From Balanoglossus misakiensis (lineage: Eukaryota > Animalia > Hemichordata), in the NCBI GenBank assembly GCA_040954595.2, contig CM082584.2, positions 13,261,337 to 13,325,336 on the forward strand: DNA of 64,000 nucleotides. Direction: 5' to 3'. Under the pieces are notes generated by a model. It saw nothing but the letters and a program-made list of their open reading frames with translations, had not been told where the DNA came from and ran no database searches. The first letter of the stretch is position 1. Every line of letters begins with the position of its first letter. The translations under genes and the position numbers were made by a program. This document shows positions 1 to 12,200 of the stretch, piece by piece.

Positions 1-303
1 ATCCACACATACTGCATGTCCTGATTGACTTGTTCCCAACAGCTGGTGTCTGTGTTGAGCCTAACTGTTTACACCTTCGAAAGAATAGCATAATTAGCGG
101 CCGCATGTGGGTGTCTCCTACGCAAGGGCGACTCGGTAAGGAAGGGCGCTCGCTCGCAAAAGAGTGAAGGCGACAAGACGAGCGCTTCCGGGTGGAAGAT
201 ACATGATGCGTCTGGCCGCGTCTTGACTGAAATCGACAACGTACGACGCAGTTGCGTGTTTCTGCTACAAACACAGGTAATTTCTGACAACAGGGCAAAT
301 ACA

Positions 304-1368
304 ATGGAGCTTCTTCCTCTTCAAATCATTTTCATGGCTGCCATTTTCTCCGGCACACTTATATGCGGCTTGATACCGATGAAAATCATTCCCAGGCCGG
401 GGGACAACAAAAAACCGCTGACCGAACGCTCGCGTCGCATCCTTGCCATATGCAACTGTTTTTCCGGAGGCGTTTTCTTGGGAACATGTTTTCTAGGCGT
501 CATACCCGCAGCAGAGGAGAAGCTCGAGGCCATGCTGCTGGAAAAAGACATGCAAACTAGCTACCCACTGAACGAGCTCATCGTCATGATTGGGTTTGTC
601 TTTATTCTCTTCCTTGAGCAAACCGTGTTGACGATCCAGAAAAACGTTTGCGGAGGCAGCGATGGAGACAACCAAACCATAGAATCTTACTTGGAGCTGA
701 GTGATACTAGCAGTCGGGCTATGCTTATCGCAGATTCCACTGATGAGGAGGAAATTGTCAGTAACTATGGTAACACAGTTGATGGAAAAACTGCAGTTAA
801 AAAGGGAAACAGGGATGCCAATCTTCATGATCATCATCATCATCATCACCATCATGATCACGGACATGATCATGCCAGTCATGGTGATTTCGGACATAGT
901 CACATACACCTAGATGGTTCCAACACACTTCGATCTGTGATACTCTTGCTTGCCCTGTCGTTTCACTCTTTTCTGGAAGGGATGGCATTCGGACTGCAAG
1001 ATGATGTTCCCAGGACTATCAACCTCTTCATTGGAATCATTGTCCATGAATGCCTGGCATCATTTGCGTTTGCTGTCAGCCTCGTAGGAGCATCACAGTC
1101 TAAACGTTCAACCATCTTATATGTACTGCTCTTCAGCATAATGATCCCAGTTGGAATGATCATCGGTCTGACTCTACAGACGTCACCCAGCCCAAACGCA
1201 CAATTGGCATCAGCTATCCTTCAGAGTTTTGCTGCAGGAACTTTTATACATGTGACTTTCTTTGAAATTCTTGCTGATGAGTTTGAGGTGGATTCTGACA
1301 GAATTATAAAAGTGCTCTTTTTGACATTGGGTCTTGGTGTGCTTGCTGCGCTACAGCTTATAGACTGA
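304..1368 (+). CDS. SLC39A: ZIP (SLC39A1/2/3-type) zinc transporter, single coding exon
   Basis: ATG at 304 is in frame with ORF 223-1368. Multiple TM helices, CFSGGVFLGTCFL, His-rich loop [30 protein letters not shown]4 SFHSFLEG and TM5 IIVHE motifs. Confidence 0.95.
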   Translation: MELLPLQIIFMAAIFSGTLICGLIPMKIIPRPGDNKKPLTERSRRILAICNCFSGGVFLGTCFLGVIPAAEEKLEAMLLEKDMQTSYPLNELIVMIGFVFILFLEQTVLTIQKNVCGGSDGDNQTIESYLELSDTSSRAMLIADSTDEEEIVSNYGNTVDGKTAVKKGNRDANLHDHHHHHHHHDHGHDHASHGDFGHSHIHLDGSNTLRSVILLLALSFHSFLEGMAFGLQDDVPRTINLFIGIIVHECLASFAFAVSLVGASQSKRSTILYVLLFSIMIPVGMIIGLTLQTSPSPNAQLASAILQSFAAGTFIHVTFFEILADEFEVDSDRIIKVLFLTLGLGVLAALQLID

Positions 1369-2312
1369 TTGTTGAAAAAAAATGGATACAGCAATCAAAT
1401 TTACAATTTGATATGGTACATTTTTATTTACCAAGGTCATCAACTGTAGCTAAGATCAATTTTCACATCTCTGTACATCCGATTTTAATTTGATCGGGGC
1501 TGGCACAATATTTTTATTGGGAATATGGTGCTGCTGCTAGGAGATTGGTGATGACAAAATAATCTGTCTGGTTAGTGTGAGGGTTAACTTATTCAGTCAT
1601 GGTGGATATTTTCCTAAGTGTACACTTATACCAGTAACTGCAAAGTTACTTTAATAACAGCACCCACAAGGCAGAACAGTGTACTTTTGAATATTTTATT
1701 ATTTTATCCTGGTACTTCACTGGCCTAAAATTGGAACATGCCATAAACTTATGAAATGTAATATCACGTTTTGTCTTAAAGCCCACAGGGCATTATTGGT
1801 AACAGTGAAATTGTCTCTCCTCACTGAAGAAGACGAGTACTTTAATGTAAAATTTACCCACTAGATATTCATGTTGACTCTTATTTGTTCTTCATGGACC
1901 ACTATAATATAACTGTGTATCAGCTTTGCAATATGTTTCTTGCTATTATAGACATTTAACAACTGTAGAAACTATGGGGTGTTGTACACCTTTCAATTCT
2001 TGTAGTTCCTTTCATGGTGACAGTTATTGTGTGTGACACCAACTTTCTTTTGAAAACAAAATACTGAATAGGATAAACCTGGAAATAAATTCTAAATTGA
2101 TGTTGTGTTATTTTTTGCATATGTAGCCATATGGTTGTAAAGCTGTGGTCCAAGAATAGCCAGTCTCTCGTATGATTGTTACTGGTATCAGAGTTGGTTG
2201 TTGATTGACATGTGCATGTCACTTTCTTAGAAACAAGTGTGGCTGAGCCTGAACACAAAGGGTCCACAAGTGATGTTCAGTGGTCACTAGATATATAAAC
2301 AAGGCAGTCTTT

Positions 2313-5300
2313 CTATTCATAGTACACCGTTGAAATGTCGTAAAATCCAGCAGATTGTGGTTCCAATGCATTGTTGGCCATGTTGGAAATTTTCTGGTTG
2401 ATGTGTTTCACAAATCGTAGTGTTTCTTTGTCTCTGTATACCAAGGCAAGTGAGTTGTCTGCTGGACTGACGGATAAAAGCTGAGGAAACACAAAATAGA
2501 TTGATGTGAATTAATAAATTGTTTAACAACCACGTAAGAACTTAGATAAGACAGGAAGTGATGCAATACATCTGAACAGGAACAGGAAGTGATGTTAGCT
2601 TACCTCCTCATCTTCACCTTTAGCCAGGTAGGAAACATAACCACCAAACTCACTGTTCCAACCTAAAGCAGAATAGTCAGCATTCAGTTATTTGATTCTT
2701 TATACATAACTCTCACTTGACAAATGTTCCTGAAGTGACTGTCAGGCTCTTTAATTCTCTTCATTAAGTTCAAGCAATGATAACTAGGCATTCTCACCTG
2801 CACAGTGTAAAAACAACATGGCGTCCAATGCAAATTCTGATCCTTGTGAATCGGTGTCATGCAGCAATGTATAGGCTCCATGTCTCCATTGTCTGACCTC
2901 ACTGTGACATCGAGGGTTGATTTCTCTCTTCTCTTTGCCTGTTATGCGAGAAAGGTAAATGTATGAGAAAACAACAGTGTACAGAAATTAATTTGTATGA
3001 GACTGGTACAGGTTCTGACAAAGCTGGAATCTGTCAGCAATGTTACAGCAATCATCCTCTTTTGAATGTTCAACACTCATTTTATCCATGTTTTCTCATC
3101 TATTCCCAAATCCTTACTTTTTCCTTCCTTTGCTGCTTCTTCCTTCCCCCTTTCTCCATCCTCCTCCTCCTCCTCCCCCTCCTCTTCGACATCATCATCA
3201 CTCTCAGGGGCCAACTCATGTAGCTTCAATCCGGTAAAATTTGACATTAGAAGAAACATTTCATCAGATTGCATCACATCAAGACACTCTCTGACAATCT
3301 CTGGAAGGCTGTCTTGGTCGGCTTTTTCATAGTTCCTGAAAAATTCACATCATAAAAATCCATCAAACAATTGCCACATGAAGTAGCTAGCAGTAAAAGC
3401 AAGCACTCTACAATAATCAATATAAAAATCAATTTGACCTTTTATTGGCAGGTCCTCTATGTTCCCATTTTATTGCATTTTCTGTGATTGCAGCAACAAC
3501 TGCCAGATACTTCTCTTCCTGCAAAATAAAAAGCCTAGATTAGAAAAATTAAAATATGAAACAGTTATCTCCACGGCAACCATTTTTAACTGATGAAACC
3601 ACACATGGAATGTAATCCTACCAGGTTTCAATGGCGTCAAAGGTCTTACCTGGATGAAATTCTGGAGTTCAATTTCAGAATCTTCACTGAATTTCTCCTG
3701 AATCTGTGCTTGGATTAAAACGTCCATGTATGTTGGGTTGATCCACTCAAACAGTTTGTCTTCCTGTTGAAAAACATAATGATGTCCTTGCTAAATGCCA
3801 GTGATGGAGATGATAGCTGGTTATTCTAAACTCAACATGTGACCGGCTATGTGACTGTGAATGCCATTTATATGCAAATACATTTGCACTATGCCCCATG
3901 CCTGGCTGTTTTGTCTGGTCCGCCTATGCACACAGTTTATCTACATCATTAGAAAAACTGATCACAAGCAACAACAAAGACAAAACCAGTAACATACTCA
4001 CACCAATACTTTCTGGAGCTTTCAACAAGGCAGGTGGTTGTATGTAAGGCTGTGGTCTCTCAATGGGTGGACCATGGAACCAGCCACTGACAGACAGTCT
4101 GGTTTTATCCTGACACAACACTTCTGATACCTGCAGAGGACATGATTATCGCATGCTCAATTATTCACAGTATGTTTGGATTATGATTTGAAATATTATA
4201 TCCTCCTGTGAGGCCACCACAATGAAAATCTATGTTATGCATCTGCTCATGATCTGATGATAAATTGTTGGAAATGGCAATGTTATTAAACAAAGACTGC
4301 TGGCCTTTGATGGATAAACACACCAACCTGATGGAATGATACTGGAGTCACTTCAAAGAAAACAAAATTGTTGTTTTGCGGTACTAAGGACTTGACAATA
4401 TTCCTGGGTTGTCCATGTCCTGGAAAGTAAAGATCGTCCTTATCATAAAAAAGAACATTGTTTGTTTTGGGGTAGGGGTCTGTACAAGACATTGGAAGGA
4501 ACAATGGTCAACAATATTAAGGCACAGTGTCTGGTGCCTCAACTGATGAAGTATAATGATAAACACATAGCAACAAGATTTATTTACCATCAACATCAAA
4601 GAGATCCAAAGAACCACCGCTATCCTCGCTCCATGTTGGTAGTAGATACAAAATAAATGCTATTCTTCGGCCTTCAAGTTCATCATCATGACACAACAGA
4701 ACATCTGCAATAAATGGCATTTGTATATACACTCTACTAGATGTATATCTTTTTAAGATCATTCCCAGTTAAAGCAACTAGCAGGCAAATCTTTGGCAGA
4801 GTGGCTTGACAGAGTGAATGCACTGTATGGTCACTTTTCAGACCAGGTTGTTACCATGGTTACATATACATTACCTGTATAATCATACTTGGCACAAGTC
4901 ATGTCCACTTTATCTGAAAGTGGGATTCCAGTCACATCTTTCAACCATGCTAGGAAATCTACATACAACAGTTTCCTAAAAAGAAAATAAACATCAAAAG
5001 TACGAATAGGGTGACTGTTGAGTTGCCTACAGAAAATTATACATATATACTTACAATATCTTCCAACATCCAGTACAAAGTTGCCATGACAACACATGAT
5101 GACTGACAACAAACCTCACCTCAGAGCTGCAATATGTGGTAAAGTACTGTTTTTCAGATCATCAGACTGCAATAAAATTCAATGAAGTAGAAGTAAAACA
5201 CATTAACAGTCTCTTGTAACATTTAACAACAATCAAAAAATTATTTTTTAAATAGTTTATCATATCAGAACATCTCGCTGTCACTCAGTAAAACTGATAA

Positions 5301-5787
5301 AATGGATGATGATGATGATGATGATGATGATCACTGATGATGATGATTATTATTATTTACCTGTTGAAACTTGTATAAATCATTTGATTTTTCATAAAAT
5401 ATTAACTGTGATAATTCTTCTTTCAGTCCTTCCAAAAACTCGGCATCTTGGACAAAGTTTGGCAATTTAACACAGGTGAATGGTTCACTGTGGACAACAG
5501 CACTACCTTATAAAACGAAAGAAAAGAGATGGGAGATATAATATCTGTGCGTTCTCAACTCGCAATAACGCCGATCATAGGGCCACGAACCTACCAATTT
5601 CCCGATGCTTGTGTTCTTTAAACGCATGACTTATTTCTTCTTTCGTGAGTCTATCTATGTACTTCAGATTTAAAGCTGCATCGTGAGCCAGCTGGGTTTT
5701 GTTTGTTTTTGATGTTTTCTTCCTGGGAACCGCATCCCTGGCATCACCAGACTCCACGCTGTGATCGGAACCCCGCTTTGAACTCAT
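2313..5787 (-). CDS. OGFOD1: Prolyl 3-hydroxylase OGFOD1 (uS12/RPS23 hydroxylase), 13 coding exons
   Basis: Exons 5787-5595, 5506-5361, 5166-5120, 4975-4875, 4704-4588, 4419-4328, 4130-4002, 3763-3650, 3518-3439, 3335-3118, 2938-2798, 2662-2604, 2480-2313. All GT-AG and phase-consistent. Motifs [46 protein letters not shown]. Confidence 0.95.
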
Positions 5788-6209
5788 AATTACTCCCTTT
5801 GAGCTTGGGATCCCCCTAGTCGAGATGTGAAGTTTTGTATTTGGCTATGTCACCGAAAAGATGAAAGAAAGCGATGATCGATCAATCGAACATCCATGCA
5901 GAGGATAAGCACATGTGGTCTGCTAGAGTTATACGAGGTCAAAGGGCAAGACGTACTCTTTTACGACAATGTGAAAATTGATGGGGACGTATACAAATGG
6001 CAGACCAATTCGTCATGAATTGTGACTCGTTGCTTTTATAGTACCTTTGTCTAAAAGAAGAATAGTCAGCGAAACTTTTGATAGAGCACCTTTGAAGTGC
6101 GCAATCTGTGTTTGCGACAAAGTCACCACGCACGCTCACAAAACGCACAGGCGGCCATTTTGATTTTCCTCTGTGTTTATAAAGTTACACACGCCTAAAA
6201 GAAGCTAAA
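5788..6209. promoter_or_regulatory. Bidirectional promoter OGFOD1/LSM4 with YY1-type motif
   Basis: About 420 bp between divergent ATGs, CpG-containing. GCGGCCATTTTG (YY1 consensus, reverse strand CAAAATGGCCGC) at 6151-6162. Confidence 0.6.
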
Positions 6210-9200
6210 ATGGTAAGTGGGACCGCTTCGTCAAATTGCATTGAGTTTGTTATTTTAAAGACCCACAATTATTATGGGTTAATGCCCCTGAGAGTGGTGA
6301 AATCACCACAGAGCTGAGTTTTCAGTTACGACCGAAATAACGTTGTTTCGGCTGGCCCTGTCTCGAATCTAAGAGTAACCATAGCTGTAGGGACGCGCTG
6401 GAGCAGACTACTGCAGCGCGTATTGCAGCCACTGCCTCAGCGATGCTGCGTCTCTACAACGTATAGTTACATTGCCAATAAACTATAGTGCTGTTTGGAC
6501 GTCTTGTTTTGCCGTCCAACCCACAACACAATGCAAAACTTCAAGCAGCTACAACTAGCTACATCTACAGTAACACACACGTGTGAAACTGACATATCAT
6601 TCGCTGGCAAGTCATCAGAACTGTGTTTGCGTGCCCGGGTACATAGATCTGCTCTCCTTCGTGCAACATCGCTGATAACAACTCACCTCGTTACTTTTGA
6701 TATCTCAGCTGCCGTTATCGCTACTCCGGACAGCTGTCAACCATCCCATGGTGAGTTCAGGTCATATTCATAAATTTATGCATTTAGATCAATTGGAAAA
6801 ACTGGTTTACTTTATTCATATTCACATTTAAAATGTGTTATATGATATAACACTATTCCTTGAAATTAATACTGACTCACATTCACATGTGCTCAAACTT
6901 GATACCAGGTGTATACTATCTTTCCTTTTGAAACTACAGTTGGTAGAGTTAAAAAATGGTGAGACTTACAATGGCCATCTATCATCCTGTGATAACTGGA
7001 TGAACATTCATCTCAGGGAAGTTATTTGCACATCAAGGGTAAGTAAGAAGGACAGATCTTGCTTTCTCAGAAATTATCCATATTGAGTCAAACTTTTTAA
7101 GAAGATAAAACAAGAACTTGTATACACACATCACCCAAAGAATGCATGACTTAATGAACAGCGCCATCTGTAGTCAAAGTACAAAGTTTCTTCAAGCTAC
7201 ATCTTAGCCCAAAGGGATCCATAATAAATCATGAAATTATATTTAAAAAGTATTATTTAGATTTATCTTTTTGAATGCAGGATGGTGACAAATTTTGGCG
7301 AATGCAAGAATGTTACATCCGAGGTAGCACAATCAAGTATCTGAGAATTCCTGATGAAGTCATAGACATGGTGAAAGAAGAAGTTATTGCAAAGGGACGT
7401 GGCCGGGGCTTTGGACAACAGAAAGGAAGAGGAAGGGGGAACCCAACTGGAAGAGGAGGTAGGTATCGTTTGTGAGGGTGAAGAGGAGTGGAGAAGAAGT
7501 GACCAGGGGGAGGGGCGTGCTAATCAAAACTGAAGCAACGACAGTTGTCTATCGCCCTCTGGTGTTTGCTTCCAGTAATTAGAGCTCTAAGGCATCTAAT
7601 ATTCATCGACAGAGAAGTGGTAACCTCTGCACTAAAGGTACATGGATGGTTTTTGCACTCTTTAAACCTCACTCATGTAGTAAATCTGTGATCAGGGTAA
7701 ATAGCATTCAAGTTTTTGTCATCCTGTTCTGGTATATTGCCATTGTGATGTAATCTGTCATATTGGCGCGGCCAAAGGGTGGAAAACACCAAATAATAAA
7801 AGGAAGAGGTCACTGCCTGTAATAGAATTACACATGAACAGTTTATGACAATGGACCATTAGTTGGCATTGTGGGATCCTGAATCGATGTTTGTTTGCAC
7901 CAATAAACAGTAATCAGAGATTTTCAATGATGAGAAGGTCTCACTTTCCACTGTGAAATGCCGCAATGGAAGGAGAGAAAATAACGGAGACTGGATTGCT
8001 GCTTGCAAACAAGAGGAATTAGCTGGCACAGAATAGATAACAGACTGGGTGTTGTAAATGTAAGGATTTTTAAAAGCTTATATTCAGATATGAAGTGAGA
8101 CAGGTTCTAGCTATTAATCAATGAAATATTTCTCTGAGGGATAGATAGCACAGTGGTGTCTACATCGAGTTTCAACATTTTATCAGCGGTTTATCTCTTT
8201 GAAAGAAACTTTTTTTCTACGCGCACATTCTTGTATCCTTCACTCAGTCAAGAAAGAAGAAAATGTTTCTCCTCGAAATCGTAACGACTGGACTCGTGCA
8301 AGCTGTTGATGATCCCTGATCTAAGAAGTCATTTGTCTGAAGTAAACAATGTCTTAGATCATAGATGATAATCCAAGTGGACATTCAATTAATAGGCCAC
8401 CCAGAAACGCAAGTCGTTTTCTGCATGATCGTCTTCAATACCTACGGCTAGTCATCGTGTACGCTGGTATTTTGTATACCCCCAAATGATCGTTTTATGT
8501 CGGCGGAAGTCATTACCTTCTCATGATGACTCAACGAAACTTTCCCGTTACCTCAGGACATTTAACCTTTTTTCTGTTGTCCATGACACTGGAGATCAAA
8601 GTTAATCTGACTAACTGTATGGTATTATTACTGAAGGTAGAGCAACTGTTTTGGCCATATTACCAGTACATCATAATATAAATGAATGTAGAGTGAGTAG
8701 GCTAGTAGAGCCCGGTGAATTAAAGTGAATCAAAATCACTCAGATAAAATAAATGTTTTTCAAAAGAAGTGTTTGTAGGGTCATTACTGGTCTGACCAGT
8801 TGGTGACCTGCTTTTGTTGACAGTACAGACAATAAGCTGAGATTTCTGGTCATAGCATCAATGACACCATCAGGTAGATTTGATTGTCTGATGGCCATAG
8901 TCAATCTGTGAAGCATGCAATGGGATAAGAGCGACACTGTTTCTTGTGTGAAGTGGTGATGGAATGTATCACACAAAAGGGCAGGGCAAACCCAGTTTAA
9001 AGGGGGGCTGAGTTTATCTCCATACAATACTTGGCAGCACACACACGCACACATTTAACACAAAGAAACCTCAAAAGACAATGCTATGGAATGCCAGACA
9101 CTCACACTATTAAACCCAGATAACAAATCAACAAACAGGCTCCTTTCATGGTCCGTGTATGTTTTTGTATCCGCACAAGGAGAATTCCTGACATAGGTTT

Positions 9201-12200
9201 TTAAATTTTCCTCCTCCTTACACTGGAGAGGTTGATGGTTAGCATTCTTGATTTCTCTTCTCACAGTTGTTGGGAAGATTAGCGGGAGACATGCATGAGT
9301 TTATCTGCTCTCCACATCTCAATTAACTCTCGTTGCAAAGACACAGATCAACATTCCAGAACAGAAAATAGATGCACCACCAGAAGTTTGCAGCTGTCCA
9401 TACAACACGCATCTCGCCAATAAATTCATAACAGCTTTTGCATCTTGCGAAAAGAACCGATTTATCAGAAAAAATGCAAGCAGGAAATTGAACACAGTTG
9501 GTTGAATTCAGAAACCACACATGTTTATTGACGCACAATATGAATATTTTCCGATGGTTTGAAGTCTGCTTTGAATATTTTAAAATATCAAAATGCGTTG
9601 TAATGGACAGTGGATGGCAACCTTCACCCTTCTTTTTCCAACTAACTGAATATCATAGCAGTGTAAATTCTTCCAGCAGAGGCACTGTGTTGTAAGTGTG
9701 GCAACAGCAGCAGCATTGAAGATACATGAGATATCTTCACTGACCTGACCTCTTCAATTAGTACTTGGAAGGGTCACATGGTTGACAGCCAAGCTTGCTG
9801 GCCAAGTAAATAAATTACACTTCGAATAGAATGTGTCCCAGATGCAGTGGTTACCACCACAGGGTAAATTAGTTAGCCGATAGTGAGCCCTGAGCTTAGA
9901 AATATTCCACATGGTAATATCGCAGTTTGTTCATATGCCAAAATCAACAGATTGAAATATTTTTAACCCTATATACCACATGTTGAAGTAGGGACTGTGT
10001 CATTACGGTGCCTACATCTGTGTATGTATGTTGGGTGACCATCTGTCTGTTCATCTGTTCAGGGGGTTTTTGCTCTCTAATATACAATCAGCTGCTATCA
10101 CTATGTACTCCCGGCTTGTTAGCTGAACCTCTTTATAGAAAAACTCCAAGGCATTCTATACATTACAAATTGAGACTGAGGTTATTGACTTGTTGGACAA
10201 ATAAATGAATTTTGTTATTATTAAGATCAGCTGGGAAAAGCCCACTGTGTCACCATGAGAGAATGCATTGTCATCACTGTGTGAGTTTTAAGATGAGAGA
10301 CCTTGGTTTAATATCCTGCTGGAAATGAAAATGTTAAAAATAAAAATATTCGCATCAGAGGACTTGTTCCAGACGTTGTCAAGCTGTTCGGTGAAAAAAG
10401 TCTAGCTGTGGTTGGTTTGGTTCCAGAGCTGTAACTTTTGTCCATTTCATTGGCAATGCTTCTTGGGAAAGGTCAAGTCACAGGTCATTACATTGCATCT
10501 TGGGAAATAAAGACAACTGGCAGAGTGGCCACATTATATCTACGGTACATTTGTTGTTTCTTTATATGCAGCCGTTGCCTTTTCTATCAACACAAGTCAA
10601 GAAAAAGTGTGATATATAGTTTACAGTGATTAGACTCCCATATAACTGCCTCCAAAAATATTCAGATATCTTTAGAGTCATCCCATAAAAAGACTGTTTT
10701 TGGCATTCGGTTCCTGATTTAGATGCTCCGACCTCATTCATCCGGACAGTTTGCAAGACTGCTTGTATCAATATCAACAATTTGGTGTTCAGTGTTTGCC
10801 CCAGAGCCAAATATACCTGCAACTGTTTACACGTTGAAACGTAAACTTCCTGTTGGAAATTCAAAACATGGTAGCTACTTGAAAAGCCAGAGATACAATT
10901 TCTTCGCCGTGGTTTACCAACTGCAGAAGGGTCAGGGTGGAACATGTAACAATACTTTTTAAATGGTTTGACAGAATTTTGTACAAAGTTTGCTGTTTGT
11001 CACTACTGGCAAAAACACTGGAACTTTAGTTTCATCCAGATGAGATTTGACGAATTGTACCATATTACCCATCTCGTTTATCAGAAAAGTCACAAAACAG
11101 AATATTACCGGTACTTCTTAGTGAATAATATATGTACTAAATGTAATATATTACAATGTAATGGGAGTGTATTCTATCACCACCTTTTCACCCCTTTATT
11201 TGATACAGTCCCATTGTCTCCCATGGTACATTTGGACCCATATACATGTAAAAGGGGGGAGGGGTGACATAGTAAAAGCAGCCAACAATTTTCAGGAGAC
11301 TGGACACTACACAATTTAATTTAGCGTGGAGAGATTATTTCTCCAATTGATGGGACATAATGAGTTGCAGTACATCCGCCCTGTAACCCACACCGAAATC
11401 CCGTTCCTGGGTTTGGCTCCGTTGCCAGTCAGTTGAGACAGGCCGTCATAGCTCATTTAGCTACCCTCACTTAACATGGCTGAGTTTACCGGTAGAACAG
11501 TTCACCGTGGTATGTGTGCCACACCTGAGAATGCAGACACGGCCCACATTTTGCTCCACATTGCCTGTGTATGTCACAGTGTCCTAAGACCACAGACAGT
11601 TGAGCAGAAAAACGCCTCAACTATAAAACTGACTTTGCTTCACACCAAATCCTAAACTTCCACTTCTGGCATCTCACATTAACATGTATTTATAGATAAT
11701 GAGCTGTTTAATAAAATAAAAGTTTATTGGCTTTGATCTGTGCAACGTAATTGTTTCAAAGATTGAAAAAAAATGTTTTTTACAAAAGGAAAATGTTTCA
11801 CCCTCTTGTGACCTTGTTGTTGGCATGGAAGACTGGTTTCAAGTTGACACGGGGAGAAACATTGAGTGTAGTTTGCAGGAAGTGATGAGAGAATGTAAAT
11901 AGTCCTTTCATCATCCAAGGGTAGTGATGATTGTTTTCCCCAAGTTTTTCCATTCATTGGTGACAGCCACCAGTGAAGGGAAACTGTGTTTTGTTTCAAC
12001 AGGCAAATCCGGTCTGTCTTGTGAATAGTCAACAACTATTGGCCGATGGAAGTGTTTGGCTCAGTGTTCAAGAAGCAGGTGTTGAAAAGACTGTCTTTTC
12101 AACACTCAGTGACTACAATACTGATGGAAAAGTTTGCCTCAGAAATGTGCATTCAAGAATTAATGATCCTGGTATGTTTTTATCTGAGGAGGGTCGGTTT

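Noticed and set aside
6288-6315. CTGAGAG-stem resembling a hammerhead ribozyme core
   Set aside because: Lacks the CUGANGA spacing and the GAAA after stem II.
8523-8610. ATGATGA...CTGA spaced like a C/D box snoRNA
   Set aside because: No terminal stem and no rRNA complementarity I could recognise; such words are common in AT-rich DNA.
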